64,000 nucleotides of DNA from Lama guanicoe (taxonomy: Eukaryota). The stretch is from the NCBI GenBank assembly GCA_013239625.1, contig MU053304.1:2170001-2234000 (forward strand), written 5' to 3'. A model generated the notes under the pieces. The model did not search any database and had not been told where the DNA came from. It worked only from the letters and a program-made list of their open reading frames with translations. Positions 1 through 14,086 of the stretch are shown here, in pieces (position 1 is the first letter of the stretch; each line of letters opens with the position of its first letter). A program made the position numbers and the translations under genes.

Positions 1-189
1 AGGCCTTTGGTTGGGTTATGGGACCTTGCAGTTCAGGTTACAGCAGAACGTGGATGGTGAGGGATGGTGAAGAACCCAGACAGCAGAGATGAGAACTCAA
101 GGGAGGTGACGCGGTAGATGTGTGACTCTAAGTTACTCAAGACTTTAAAAGGCTCAAAGATAGAGTTTGCCTGGAGCTTGGAGCATTCT

Positions 190-258
190 CAGGATGCAGA
201 ACTTTCAGTGTCCCCATCGGGAAAGTCCCTGGGCCAACCGGGACAGGCTGGCCACCCA
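190..258. mobile_element. hAT-Blackjack-like MITE fragment (MER81/MER94 type)
   Basis: ggatgcagaactttcagtg...gggaaagtccctgggccaaccgggacaggctggccaccc resembles the terminal sequence of this group. Confidence 0.5.
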
Positions 259-2169
259 ACTTACCCCAAAATGTGTAAGCTAAAAGCTCTGTTTTCTAAG
301 AGCAATTAGAGCTGGACAAGGGTGCCAGAGGGACATACACAACGCAATTAAGGATCAACACCAGGGAACAAGGCTACACCGAGCTGCCAATTTAGTGGGA
401 TGGAGAGTTTGGGAATATTTTTGAAAATATTTTTGGGTTGAAGCAATCTGGTGCGATTCAAGGAAAAAGCAGTTGCTTTTCTTTTAAATTTTTAGTTCAG
501 GACAGAAAGAAAAACAAACAAACAAACAAAGTCAGAATGGCACAATAAAATCGCAGACAGTAAAGCACTGGTGTAAACATTGACAGTTTTACCCTAAATG
601 GCTTCCTCATTTTCCAATTACCGTTTTATTTATTTAGTTTTGATTTTACACCAAGGGGAAGAAAAAAACCTATAAGCACGCCTCATTAATTTGCATTCAT
701 GGGGAAGTGGTGTGCTGTTTGGTAAGAGAAGGCACTGAGTTTAACAGCCCCTCAGTCCTAGGAAAGACCAGGTTGTCTAGTGGAGCTGACGGTACATGTG
801 GATTTTCTGTTCCCCGGGCTGCACCCTGACTGCCGCCACCTCCTGGGTGTTGGAGTCCCAGACCCCTGGTCCAGCTCCAAACGTCACTGCCTGCTGGTTC
901 CCTGGAGAGCATGGGCCACTGGAGTCCTGGCTTCCAAGCTCTGGGGGCTTGGGATCAACTTCTGGTTCTCTGTGGCTCCTTTTCCTCATTCGTTGTACAA
1001 TCTTTTTGTTAGAATTAGATACAGTGTTTGTGAAGCAAAGATGCTGCTCCGTCTGGGGTTCTTTCACCTGGCTCCTTGCCATTTGCCAGGGCTGTACGTG
1101 TCACCCGACATTTCTGGGCCTCAGCTTTCTCTGTACAAGAGGTTTCAAGACGCCGCGTGGGCAGTTCAACGTCGATCACGTGTACAGAGTGGCCCCTGCC
1201 TGGGCTAATTGTCATCATTAGTTGTGTGCCAATCACTTGTTACCCACGTGGCCTGCGACAGTTCTCTCACCCTCCATTTCCTTTTCTACAAAAACAAGGT
1301 CTGAACCAGGTGATCTCTGGGGTCCTGTCCAGTTCTCGAAGTCATGCATTTTTCCGAGTGTTGTTCGAAGCTTGGACTGAGATGAAGAATTGTGTTGTTT
1401 ATGTGGTGACTTGAGAGACTGACTTTAAGAGAAGGTTTCAGTTGAACACATCCTGACGCTTGAAAATGAGAACTGAGTCAAGGGAAAGAGACTTTAAGAA
1501 GGCTGCGGAGAAGGGAGGGTGGATCCGATAAGTTAGTCAAACTGGAGGAAGCAAATCAATAAATCAGGCAAGTGTGGGGCTTTTGGCCTGCGTCCCTGCT
1601 ACCCACCTTTCTGTCTGTTACTGTGGCTCCTTTGCCCCCACTTCTCAGTCTGGCCTGTGCTTTGAACCTTGGCTGCCTGTCCACTCCTCTCTTCTCCCCA
1701 GAAGCTCAGGGCCTCGAACCTGGAATCTGCTTCCAGACGGGGCCCTTCCAGCCTGTCCCAAAGCCTGACTGTGCAGTCTGCCTGCTCCTCTGTCCTCCAA
1801 GACCGTCTGCACTCTCCCCCCTTTGGGTGACATCTCTGCCCTCTAGGTCATTAAGGACCCTGACCTTGGCCTTTATGCTGCCCTGATCTGTCACTGCCTA
1901 AGCCGCTTTCTGTAATTGATTTTTAAAAGTATGTGCAGCCAGAGATTCCCTGTGATTATAACTCACACCACTTAATCGTGTGTGGACGTGGGAACAAAAG
2001 GAAATGAAACAGGGGAAGACCATCAGTGATTTCTGTTCTATTTTTCTGTTCTTATGATTTCCCAGCCCCCCGCCCCGCCACCTCCCCTCAGGGAGTTCAT
2101 TGCCAGTATCAGCATTTTAGGATCAGAATCTTTACAAGTGTATGTCATCAACTGTTGTATTCATTCATT

Positions 2170-2480
2170 TCTTTAAAAAATGAAATATAGTCAATTACAA
2201 TGCATCAATTTCTGGTGCACAGCACAATGTCCCAGTCAGGCATATACATACATGTATTCGTTTTCATATTTTTTCCATTAAAGGTTATTACAAGATATTG
2301 AACATAGTTCCCTGTGCTATACAAAAGAAACTTTTAAAAAATCTATTTTTATATCTAGTGGCCAACATTTGTAAATCTCAAACTCCCAAATGTTTTCCTT
2401 CCCACCCCTTTTCCCCAGTAACCATAAGATTGTTTGCTAAGTCTGAGTCTGTTTCTGTTTTGTAGATGAGTTCATAGTGT
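2170..2480 (-). mobile_element. L1 3' end, camelid/cetartiodactyl type, 5'-truncated
   Basis: tttctggtgcacagcacaatg...gatattgaacatagttccctgtgctatac...aactcccaa...tctgtttctgttttgtagatgagttcat; homologous to the copies at 35766, 38130 and 58820. Confidence 0.88.
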
Positions 2481-2900
2481 TAATCGTTTGTTTTTCAAGC
2501 ATCTGCTCTATCCCAGATGTCTCAGGCCCCTTTTTGGCCACAGAGAAGGAATTAGGACTTGAGTGGGGGAGAGAATAATAATCAGGTAATGAAAATAAAG
2601 GGATATGACAGAGGTGTGGACAAAGATTTTGGAGTGCGCAGCAGAGGAGACAGCCAGCTGTCTGTAGTGGGGCTTGGGGAATATTCCCAGAGGGAGTGAC
2701 ATTGAGGCCAAATCTTGAAGGACATTCTGGCTGGAGGAAACAGTATGGCCAACAGCTTGGAGGATTAAAAGCCTCCTTGGCATCTTAAGAAAATGGCTTG
2801 GCTTGGGGTGACTCCAGGGCTTGTGAGGAGCCGTGGGAGATGAGGTGGTGGGGACGGAGCTGGACCAGGCTGAGAAGGGCCTGGGGATGCTGGGGTAAGG
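2481..2900 (-). mobile_element. L2 fragment
   Basis: Degenerate L2 3' region on the reverse strand (gacattgaggccaaatcttgaagga...ggaaacagtatggccaacagcttggagg...gggagatgaggtgg). Confidence 0.6.
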
Positions 2901-5569
2901 GCGGGTCTGGGGATGACCCAGCCTTATTGCAAAATCTGAACGAGTTAAGTCTAAAGTAATGAGAGTTGACTGTGAGGAGCTTGCGAAATAACTACTGAGA
3001 GTTTCACGTTGGATATTTCAGTCTGATTTGAAGCGTTCGGAGGTCTCTTTTATAAGCCCAGTCATCCGGCTCTTCTGCATAAGCCACAAGCCGTGACCGT
3101 GTCTTGACCTTCTCCGCCCTGCCCTGCGCTCAGGCTGGGTTTCATCGTTTCTTTGGCGGCCTCCCTGTCTCCAGGTGGCCTCACCTGCTGCCTCCTCCCT
3201 CACTTCTTTGACTCCCAGGGAGATGAACGAATCTTGTTCACATCAGAGCCAGGGCCGAAGGAGAGACTTTGGACAGATCAGTTCTGACTGTATTTCTTCT
3301 CTGTGCTGATTTTCTCTCCAGAAAGGCCCTATAGTTTAATTAATTAGAGCAAAACAAACAAAGCAAATCCTAAACAGCTGAGCTTCATATTTTCAAAGAC
3401 CCATAAACCTCATCAGCATAAAACAGATTAAATTTGGAGCTTAGCTGGTGCAGATGCTCATTTTGACAGAGTGCTCCCTGCTTTGCCTTCCTGTCTGGAA
3501 CAGAGTTTTCTGGAGTCATCTCAGAGCTCTGATGGGTCACCCCGTAGATCCTGGGTAGAAATGGGCTCTGTCCCCAGAAGGCTGCTCAAGCAGAGAGGCT
3601 AATGGAAAGTGAAGGACACTTGTGGCTAGCCTGTCCCAGGAGACCGGGGTATAGACCTCTGGGCTGTGGTTGAATCATGATTTTTATCTATTTGTCTGTT
3701 TAAAAGTTAAATCTGTTTGTACATTTCACTGTATGTAAATTATACCTCAATACAAATTCTAAGTAAAAAAAAACTATGTTTATTTAAAAAAAACTTCTTT
3801 TCTTTAATAAGAAATTTGAAGTGTCTTTTTCAGGAGGGGATCTTGAAAATCAAAGGGACAGTGACAATAATAATATTATTTGTGGCTTTGGATCAATTTC
3901 TTTTATTTTTTGTGTATCAGTTTCCTCCTTTGAATAATTGCATGCTAGGTTTTTGGTTTTACTTCCAGGTCTTATTTCTGGTTTATTTTTCCTCCATAGT
4001 GGAATCATGTTTAATAAATACTTTATAAGAAAAAGTTTGCGATGTCACAGCAGCAAGAGTTATAGTTATTCATGTTTAAGAATTTGACTGAGGATTACTC
4101 ACACATTTTTTGAAAGGTCAAAATTGAAGAGCGTCATCCTTAATTCATAGCATATCTGTCAGTTTTCTGTTCTTTTCTCTGGGTGATCATTTAGATGCTG
4201 GCCATCTTGATGGTGGGATAGTCTTCCACCCTGTGTTGCTTTCTTATCCAATCATTTTGGAGCTAAAGCCATAGAACCCATAAGCAACAAGGATGCTAAA
4301 TGTTGGGGTTGAGAAGCAGGCTGGCAGTATCATGCTTTGAACTTGGAGGAGGAACCCTCAGAAGAGTGTGAGCACCTGCTTCTCCTGCACAGGTGCGTGC
4401 ATGGCCCCTGGGAATGGGACCACATGACAGGCAGCGTATTTGCTGTTAAAAGTTATCTTTGTATTTTGTTCTTTTGCTGCTTAGGATCTTGCAAGCAGGG
4501 TCACAAGGCCAAGCTTTAAAGGTTTCCCCTTTTGAGAGCTGTCAGCCAAGGGGGGCTGACTTGGGGTTCTAGAAGGTGAGCGGCCCAAATGAACAAATGC
4601 ACAAGGAGTTGCCACACTGCTGGACAGACTTCTGCAGGAGACACCATGGGGTTAACAACACTTTATTCTATTGCCACAGGGTGCAGCGTGCACCTATGTC
4701 ACACCTGTCCTGCTTTTATCTGTTCTCCGCCAGCACATGCACATTGTGAACTTCATTGTTCGTGAGGCTTACAAAATATCTCTAGCACATGTGTACTTCT
4801 ATTTTCTTTGTTCTAAATCTTATATAATTGATGCATGCGTACAGTCATTATTTACTGCATACTACAAACATGCTCTGATCGTGGCCTTGGGTCCCACTGC
4901 CTTAACTCACCTCAAGGCCAGCGCACAAGAGCTCTTTTTATTAAAGCCACGTGTCTGGCTGTCAAAACTGAGAGACAACTGGTTACAGAGGTGCACATCC
5001 TCTTCCACAGAGAAAGGGGTGTTCTGCTGGCTTCTTCCTGGTGTTCAGTGATTTCTAAACCACCTTCAGCAGAGGTGATTCAGGGTATATTTCCACTGCT
5101 TAGAAACTGAAGTAACAAGGCGGTACAAATGGTCGACTGTGTTACTGATTCCATTTTAACAGGTTGGAGACCACCAGTCTGTTGATTGGAGACCATGGAT
5201 ATAAGTTCAACTTTTTAATTTAATTTTTTTCTGTTTTTACAATAAAATTTCTCCTGTTGTGTCTATGTACACATTTAGATTTAGGATAAAACTGCCCCTA
5301 GTTAGAAGTTAGCTCCACACAGTTCATTTTGGAACTCGAGCCTGCACCTGTCCAGACTCATGACCTTGTCATGAGGACACCTGACGGTGACATGACTGAG
5401 TGCTCAATTCATGCCAGGAGGGCCCAAATGCCCCTGCCTGGTCCACACTCTGCTCACAGTCAAGTGGTTTTGTGAGAATAAAGAGACATGCTGTAATCTA
5501 GAGTATTGATTAAGTAAGTATTTCAGACTTTAAGGTGGAATTACCCTAAACATCACCAAAAGATAAATA

Positions 5570-6460
5570 ACTCACTGGGGGAAAATGTAGTGCAAAACAT
5601 TTGACCAACAGTCTATTTTATTAATTTCAAAGCACTTTCACAATCAATAAGGAAAAGAGGAGCAATCCAGTAGAAAAATGGGCAAAAGACTAGTAAATAG
5701 GGTCACAGAAAAGGAAGTATAATTTCCAATAAACATACCAGAAGATGGTCAGCCTCATTCAGTTAAAGAACTGGACAATGTAGCGGTAGTCAGAGTCTTT
5801 CTGCCCAAGAGTCAGGTTAGTGGTTTCAAAGCAAGGTAAAGCCCAGTGTATTTGGAGCAAACTTAATCGTCTCTTTCATACCTCATTTCTGTTTGTAGGT
5901 CTGTAAATTGCTGCTGTGAGCTTTTTGGGGGGAGGGTTTGGGTGATGTGTCCAGAAAAGTAAGGCACGTTCTTTTGACAATAGCCATTTCCCATTTCCTT
6001 TCTATAAATTTAGTTCACAGTTGCCCCAGATATGTGTACTTTTCTATGTTGTTTGTACACTGTTTGTAATAGTAACAACAATGTACCCAAACTGGGAGAA
6101 ACAGCCCAAATCTCCATATGAGATTAGTGAGATTATGGTACCATGATTTGATTTAATGGAACACTATAGAGCTTAGAGAAATGAGAGAGAGAGAGAGAGA
6201 AGGAGGAAGGGAGAGGAGAGTGGGAGAGAAAGACAGAGACAGATTAGATGTGCTATGTGCTGCTATTGGGGATATGTTCAATATATAGTAAGAGAAAAAA
6301 GTAAGCTATAAAATAATAATACAGTAAAATAAATAAGATTTTTACTTATATGAAAAAAGGAAACAGAAAAGAAAAAAATCTTCTTACGCTTATAACTGCA
6401 TTGAAAACTGGAAAGAGATGCAAAAGAAAAATGAAAAGTGAAACAACAATAAAATTCTGA
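5570..6460 (+). mobile_element. Ancient L1 (L1ME-like) ORF2 3' part and 3' UTR, with internal (GA)n at about 6183-6243
   Basis: caatcaataaggaaaagaggagcaatccagtagaaaaatgggcaaaagac...cacagaaaaggaagtataa...aaacataccagaagatggtcagcctcatt is a typical L1 ORF2 relic. Confidence 0.7.
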
Positions 6461-6751
6461 TAGTGATTGACTCCAGGATTTGACATTGACATTCAGAGAC
6501 GGAGGTGGGGTCTTTCATGGTTCACTGTCTTCCCTTCTGTGTGAATTCAATTTCCTTTTTCATCCCGAGAGTGTGGATCTTTAGTGATAGGGAAACAACT
6601 TAATAAAAAAGCCCTCCATTCTTTCTCTGTCATTCTCTGGTAATGCCCTAATCCTTCCCCATATTTGGTTCTAGAATTCTTTCTTTTTAGAATCTGAATA
6701 CTTGTAGATTTTTTTAATTGACCAAGGCTTCCATAGCCTTCAGATACACTT

Positions 6752-6896
6752 ATTTATTGTATTATTTAATTATTTTACTTTGATGGAGAGGAAGTTAATT
6801 AGGGTTATTTATTTTTAGAGGAGGTACTGGGGATTGAACCCAGGACCTCATGCATGCTAAGCATACGCTCTACCACTTGAGCTATAGCCTCCCCCC
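6752..6896 (-). mobile_element. tRNA-derived camelid SINE (Vic-1-like)
   Basis: Reverse strand reads gggaggctatagctcaagtggtagagcgtatgcttagcatgcatgaggtcctgggttcaatccccagtacctc (A and B boxes) plus an A-rich tail. TSD tcagata(c/t)actt at 6740-6751 and 6897-6908. Confidence 0.92.
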
Positions 6897-7049
6897 TCAG
6901 ATATACTTGTTTCTTAAGAAGTGATTACATTTTGACTGACTTGTCTCAACAGCTCACTGGCTCTGCAGCTGGACTGGGCCAGGTGTAAGAACACCAGGCT
7001 TATTCCCTGGTGAGGGAATCCACGCCACAGGTTCTCAGTCAAGAGCAAG

Positions 7050-7280
7050 GTCATGGAAGTGGACTCCGAGTCAGATGACTTGGGTTTGTCTTGGCCTAGC
7101 CGGCTGCTAGAGATATGCCATTGGGCCGACTCTAGCCTCTTTCAGCCTCTGTTCTGCATCTGTGAAATGGGGCTATTAATAATACCAACTACATTGGGTT
7201 AAATGAATGAAAAGGCGTACTGCCTACAAAACACTGAGAAGGGAGTCTGGAACATAGTCATAATCACATCAGCTATTATT
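7050..7280 (+). mobile_element. MIR SINE
   Basis: ggactccgagtcagatgacttgggttt...agcctctgttctgcatctgtgaaatggggctattaataatacc core. Confidence 0.8.
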
Positions 7281-8464
7281 CTTTCATTTTATGTTTAGAG
7301 GCATCTTCACCTCTATGTTTCAGTTTTGTTATCTTTAATTTTAAGCTAGTTGGACAGAATAAAATGGAACAACTTTCCAGTTAAAAATTTGATGATTTAA
7401 CACCTGCATTTCTGGTTTACCCCTTATGAAGGCCTACATGTCTTCAAGTTGTATATAGTTGTTGCCGTGTTTGATAGTAAATTTACTGGCTGGATTTTTT
7501 TCATCAAGAGTCTTTGGCTAGCTTAAGTGATGCCACATTATATGATTTCTGGTTTTTTTTTCCCACTGATAAAAATCATATATGTTCTGTACCTAGTAGG
7601 GTCCAGAATTTGTTATGCTGAGGACTAAGAATGGAGAGAAGACATAATGTCTGCCTTTGAGAGGCATGAGGTCATGTGACTTGGAGAATCTGGGGGAGGG
7701 GCTGCCCATAAAATGGAGTTTGTCAGCTAACATATTATTGGCTGAGAAGGTGATTGGAGGAAAATTGTGAGCAATTTGTTATTCTTTCGAGGCCCTAAGA
7801 GGTTAAGATGGGAAATTGCCCTTCCCTGAATCATCATGTTCTCTCCCTTTTTGGATTCTAAGTTTTGCCTTTGTGTTTGGCTCAGATGCTCTGAATTTAA
7901 TTCTCCTAAGTGAAAAAAGCCAACCCTTGAGGCAGATGGATGATGGGTACAGATGATCCCTTGAGAGCAATGACCCCTGAAATGGTGAGAGAGCCTGATG
8001 AGCTGCAGGAGGCTATGGTTGGGTGGGGTGTTGAGGATGGAGAGGGGCTGCCCTCTGCATGCTGGGCACCCCAACTTGGCCTATTCATCTCACAGATCCC
8101 TTGGAAGCTGGGCATTTTACCCATGAAGAGTGGAGGCTTGGAGGGGTTAACTTGCTTGCCCACAGTTACAAAGTTGGAAAGTCACAGGACCTGGATTGGA
8201 TGGGGTCCAGGTCTTATCTGCTTAACTCATATATTTTTTTTCTCTCTCCCTCTAGTCTCCTTGGTTTATTTTATTTCAAGAAGCACAGAGTAGGTACTTA
8301 ATCTCTTCCCCTGGCGTCATTAATTTGTGTTGTTGGTTACAAAGGGGATTGGGTTTGAGAGTGAGTTTGGAACAGGAGCTCAGGGTCATGAGGCCGGGGT
8401 GAGGGGAGAGCTTGTGTTTGCCGGTGGGTCAGCTGGGAAGCCCAGGTGAGGAGGATGACTGTGA

Positions 8465-8640
8465 TCTGGGGGTTGGATACCCGGCTTCTGATTCTGTCTC
8501 TCCCACTTGCCTTGCTGTGCTTTGGGTAAGTAACTAAGTCTCAGTTTTCTCATTTGTAAAAGGAAATTACATTACCTGTCTAGCAGGGTTTATGTGAACA
8601 GTACATGGCAAAAGCCTATAAAATGGCCTACGTAGTTTTG
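8465..8640 (+). mobile_element. MIR SINE
   Basis: gctgtgctttgggtaagtaactaagtctcagttttctcatttgtaaaagg core. Confidence 0.7.
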
Positions 8641-11329
8641 GCCGATTGCACGTGCCCCCCCTCTTCTTAATAGACCTTCAATGGCAGCAATAACCATGTG
8701 GTCCAGCCCTTGGAAGAGAAAGCTTCTGGAATATCTTTGTGGCCTCTTCTTATTAGCGTTTTTATGAGATCATCTTTGAATGGGAAATAGCACATTGGAA
8801 AGCACCCTTCTCTGAATCGAGCCCCTTTTCCAGCTACAGGTAGCACATGGACTGCTGCTTAAGGCCCATCTCCAGGTCTTAGTGACATTCTCAGAGGCGC
8901 TTCTGCCATTTGGGGATCCGGGCTGTATTTCCTTTGACAGAGGAGGGAAAAATAAAGAAGTCACATAACGTGACAGCTATACAACATCTCTGATGGCTCA
9001 CTGCGTAATCTCTAGGTGAACTTCAAAAAGCTGTCCTTTGAAAGGGAATTATACAGTTCTCCAGTAGGAACATTTGGACACCTGAGTCAAGGGTACTGAG
9101 GTCGAGACTATTTTAAACATAACTTAGGAAGCACGCTGGTATAGGAAAGAAGAAACCAAATAGGTAGATCTCTTAACCAGGTATTTCTTCTTTGCTTTCT
9201 ATTTTTCCCCCCATAATATACAAATTCTGAAAATAGAGAGGCCATGATAAAGGCTGGACTTTAAAACACAGACTTAGTGGGTCTGGGGTGGTGACGCACT
9301 TAACTGGTCTGACACTTTCTATCCTTGAAAAACTGTAAAATTAAAATTGATTTCCAAAGGAAGACCTTGAGACCCACTAAGTTTCTTATTCATTAGAGAA
9401 ATCATCAGTTACTGTAAGAATTGTATTCAACTTCAAGCTGACTTAAATTTTCATTTAATTAGAATGTATAATTTTCTTAAAATTCATATTAGCCAAAATG
9501 TGGTAATAGCCTCAACCACTGTGTGATCTTGCTGTTGGAGGGTGTGTATAAAACTGCACTGTGATGCTCTCTCTCTTAAAAAGTTACTTTTCTGACAACT
9601 TCATCCATCCAGAACACATCCAGAGTCTGGCCCTCAGGCATTACAGCCCAGGCATCATATTCTGTGGACGTGACAGAGAGCTCACCACTGTTTGTGGAAA
9701 ATATAAATGTGGTTCAATGTGCCTTAGGGACAGAGAATCGCACATTTCCCAATGGCCCATGAGAGCATTTCTCCCCTTTAGCCAAGCAGTATAATTTATG
9801 TCCACATCAGAAGTAAACGTTATCAGTAAAGAACTGCATTTTACTTACACTTTGTTTAAGAAAACCACAAGCATGCAACTAAAGATGTTTTGTACATCAC
9901 AGTCATCTAAAGATTTGGCACTTAGAGGCATCACTTTGGTATTTGGACCACTTTCCTCAGAGCACTTCCCACCCATGAATGTATGGAATGAATAAATGAG
10001 TGCAAGACATAAGGAGTATCTCGATTATGCAGAAACTGCATTTCTCAGATGAAGGGTTACGGAATTTCGAATCTAGTAAATGCTCCTTTGCTCAACCCTC
10101 TGGTTTGTGGATTTCTACCCCCTCACCAACCAACCTGCCATATTTGTTCACATATCTCGTTGTGTAATCTCTTTTATGTAATCATGTCACCACCCCCTGC
10201 CCCATCTCCGTCCCCAGCTTTTGAGGAGGGAATACAACCTCACTGCCCTAAGTATTCCTTCATTGTTAGGCAGCTTTATTTGCAAAGGGGTTTTAGAAAA
10301 CCCTAGTTAATGAAATTTTCAGCAGGGGCTGTCTGCAGCCACAAAAAACATGATTTAATTTTAATTAAAATATACTTAATTAAATCCTATTGGCTGAAAG
10401 TGCATGGAAAAAGTGATTACCCCTCTTTAACTGTTTTTGCCAAGCTTTTAGGTGCCCTGCCTGGAGGGGACTGCCTAGTAGAAACAAAGCCTGTCTGGAA
10501 GGATGGACCTTACTCCATGGCCTGCCGTGGTTCGCTGCTGGCTTCTAGTGCCATATTGGCCCATGGCCTTCAGCCTTTTTCTCACTTTCCCAACAAATTA
10601 TCTGCACATAACGAAATACAGTTATAACACCAAAAGCTCCATTCTTTGAATTTTATTTCTACCTGTGTAGCAAAAGATATTGGAAACAGTGCCTTGATGT
10701 CTTCTGGCTTCTCCCACTTCGAGTTTTTGTGGCAAACTCTTCCTTCTAATCTAGAATGCCCATCTTCCCAATGTCCTTCCATATTTTAACCATATTTCTT
10801 CCCTTAGTGATACTAAACTTTCTGGAGGGGTGGGTGGGCATCTCAATTGGAAGAAAGGGCAGTAAGCAAAAATTTAGGGAAGGGGACGCTATAAAAAGTA
10901 TTGGGAGATATTTTGTGGTTCAAAAAAAGGGTTTACTTGAGAAGATTTTCAAGATGCTTTACACTTCCATCTGTGGTAATCTTTCCTTAATAGAAATGTT
11001 AAGATAATCCTATTTCTGAATCTGACCCTAAGAAATGTCGTGATAATCTTGTTTCTGAATTTGATCTGATTCTGCGGGCTCTGGAAAATCATAATTTCTG
11101 CCCGTAAGCAATTGGTCAGTAAAAATTCAACTAATCTGAATAGTCACGGAGGACCTAATGCAATCAGAATTAAAGACAAGCATGTTTATGAGAGAAAAAT
11201 GAAAGCATTCCACTCACATTTGAGGACATCTCAGGGATGACGAAGGCTCACTATTTTTCCAAGTTAAAGGTGAGACATCCGGAGTCTGTGTTAAATCAGT
11301 CAGGCCTGGCTGCAGTACCAGAACCCCTA

Positions 11330-11703
11330 GAATAGAAAGTGCGTAAAACACTGTAGATGTTTGTTTTTCTAACCCACAATCGAAATGCCGGGCTCCTGGA
11401 CAGTGGGTGGCTCCCTTCCACATGGTGATTCAGGGACCCCTGCCTCTTCCCTGTTTTGGGTCGGCTGCCCTTTTGGCTTATTGTTGTTCGTGTGAAGTGG
11501 GAAGGTAGCACGAGGAGGCACAGCTGCCTCTTTATGGTCTTTGCTCATGAGAGGCACATACATTTCTGCTCAGATTCTATTGGCTAGAACTCAGCCATCA
11601 GTTCATCCCTAATTCCAAGGAAGGCGGAGAAGTGTGGTTCAGCTTAGTCCCCAGGAAGGAGGGAAAAAACAGATTCTGGTGGCCAGCCAGCATCCCTGCC
11701 ACA
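11330..11703 (-). mobile_element. MaLR LTR relic (MLT1J/K-like)
   Basis: acatttctgctcagattctattggctagaactcagccat...aaggaaggcggagaagtgtggttc...catccctgccaca. Confidence 0.65.
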
Positions 11704-13499
11704 GAGACCATCTAGGTGGAGGTTTGCAAGTGGCTGGCCAGCAAGCCACCCTGACCTCGCTGGTGTATCTCCCTTGGCCAACACAGTGCTTGTAGAAGTT
11801 TTGAATTGCAGCAAATGCCAAAAGATAAGGAGATTTCATATAAATATCTTGCCTTCTGGCTTGTCTTGGAAAATTTGACTCTTTGGCGGTGTTTACCTCC
11901 TCTTCTTGCTTCATTTTTGTCCAGAGTTGAGTGGGGGCTCTGCATTTACAGCGGGCATGTGTCCTTTTGTTGCCACAGTTCTGGCCACTCCCTGTTGTCC
12001 CCCAAAGGAAGCTCAGAATCAGTTGCCTGCTTCTCTAATTCCTGCACAACTCTGGGATTGGAAACCAGAACACCAATTCACAGCCCCGATCTCTCTCTCT
12101 CTTTTTTAACCACTTACTTGTCTGTCTTTCTATGTATCTAATCGTCTACCTCTATTTCTCTGTCTCTCTGATTGTATCTGTATTGTATCTGAGTGTATCT
12201 GATCAGGCACTGTATTGTATCTGATTGTAAGTGACACTCACCCATAATTTAGATAGGTCTAATAATATTATGTTTGGTGAGGAGTGGCTTCAGCGAGTTC
12301 ATAGAATTGCAGATGCTGCAGAGAGGAAGGAAGATAGGGTGGGGGGAGGGAGGATGAGAAATGAATGAAACAGTGAAGGGGATGATTTCTATGATCTTGA
12401 AAAACAAAAAGCCAAATTCTAATTCTCTGCATAAAACTCAGCTGCCTGAGCTAATATGTTCTATTAGCTTTATTCTATCCTACCTGAGATTTGTAATTAG
12501 AAATGGAATCTTTATCCTCTAAAACTGGAGCGGAGGGGTATATGTTTCTTTTTATGATATTGTTACTAGGACCACTTACAAGCACAGATGGGAAGTGGGC
12601 AAAGAGACAAGACACAGCCATGAGCTGCAAGAAGATCCTTCTCTTCTGACCGAGAGGGTTCTTCGTGGGGATTCACGAGGCCATGCCCCAGGGATGCCAG
12701 TGGCTGGGTAATGATGGGGCGTTTGTCGTTCTGCTTTACACAGTCGTGTTGGAGGAAGCCTGAGTCCGGAGGCCACCTGGCGGGGCTCACTCACTGAACT
12801 CAACAGGCAGGAAGACTCAGTGAAGGCGTCTCCGTCACAACCCAGTTTGTGGTGGCGATTAAAAGAGGAGAACACCAGGAACTGAAGCCTGCGATTGCTT
12901 TTGATCCAGATACAGCCAGAGCTGTGAAACGGGGGCACATGCAGGGAAGAGATGCTTACGGCCGAGAAGAGTCACTGTGAGTTCATTCTTTGAGCCCGTA
13001 TTTGAGGGTAGGAATGACGACCCGGACTTATGCCTGGTCGCAGTTGGCTATTCACTAAGTAAGCTCGGTTTAAAAAGCCCCAGCGATAGGTGGTCCGGCA
13101 TCGTAGTCCAGGTATCTGAGGCTCTGAAGATGAAGACCGTGGTTTCTAGTCCCTGCTATAGAGCAGAATCACTATAGAAGATTCTAAGTTTTTATCTCAG
13201 ACTTGTCTGAAAACAGCTCTGCCTAGCTGGCAGGCAGAGGACTCTGAATTTTTATCAAGTGATTATTATACAGCCAACTTGCTGCGGGTCTGACAATCCA
13301 CATCTGAGAACCGCTGGGTAAAGTGATTTGCCTGAGGATGGATAGCTCATAAAGAGCAGATCCAGGTCCAGATCCAGCTGCATCTTTTCCTCAAGACTGA
13401 GCTCATCTGCTGGAGCCAGCATTAAGCTGTTTGATGTGTTTGATAATGTTTGATAATAATCGAAGGCAGCAAGAAGAGACACTCACATTGGCAAAGATC

Positions 13500-13680
13500 T
13501 CCTGTGCTCAGGCAGTATTCGTGTGTTTTTATTTCATCCCGGGCTAAGATTACAAGGTGAGTATTTTTCACTCACATTTTTCTGATCAGGAAACTGAGGC
13601 CAAGAGAAGTTCAGTTCTGCATTTATGGCCCCATGGTTTTGTTTAATGAAAGAGTGGAATAAAATTCAATTCCAGGTCAT
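13500..13680 (-). mobile_element. MIR SINE
   Basis: cacatttttctgatcaggaaactgaggccaagagaagttcag core on the reverse strand. Confidence 0.65.
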
Positions 13681-13919
13681 CAGTAGGGTGACCCCACTCC
13701 AATGCTATGTAAGTATTTCTACAGATTTCTGCACTTTAAATCTTACTCTAAATTAAACCATGTAAAACATGGTTCTAAATTTTATATTTATTAATTTAGT
13801 TTAAGTTAATATATTAGTAACAGGAAAAGCAAAATTAAAACAGAAGAGTTTCCATTTCATGTCTAAAAGAGGACCAAGCTATTGATCTCCCAAGCCATAG
13901 TCAAACATGGTCATCTCCC

Positions 13920-14086
13920 ACCTTGCTTCTCCAAGGATAGGCCAAGGATGCAGTATTAGCATCACCTGGGAGCACAACAGAAATGCAGGCTATTATTAGG
14001 TGCCGCCCCACACCTGTTGCTCCAACATCTGCATTTGATCAAAATCTCCAAGTGATTCTTCTACACATAAAGTTTAAGAAGCGCTG
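13920..14086. mobile_element. MER5A-like hAT-Charlie MITE
   Basis: agcatcacctgggagcacaacagaaatgcag...tctgcatttgatcaaaatctccaagtgattcttctacacataaagtttaagaagcgctg. Confidence 0.8.

Noticed and set aside
697..1414. Cluster of overlapping 70-140 aa ORFs on both strands
   Set aside because: No recognisable protein family, composition typical of GC-richer non-coding DNA, and no supportable splice structure.
5357..5375. 8-bp stem hairpins ctcatgac-ctt-gtcatgag (and aaccatgt-aaa-acatggtt at 13756-13774)
   Set aside because: Stems this short are expected by chance in 64 kb, and there is no supporting context.
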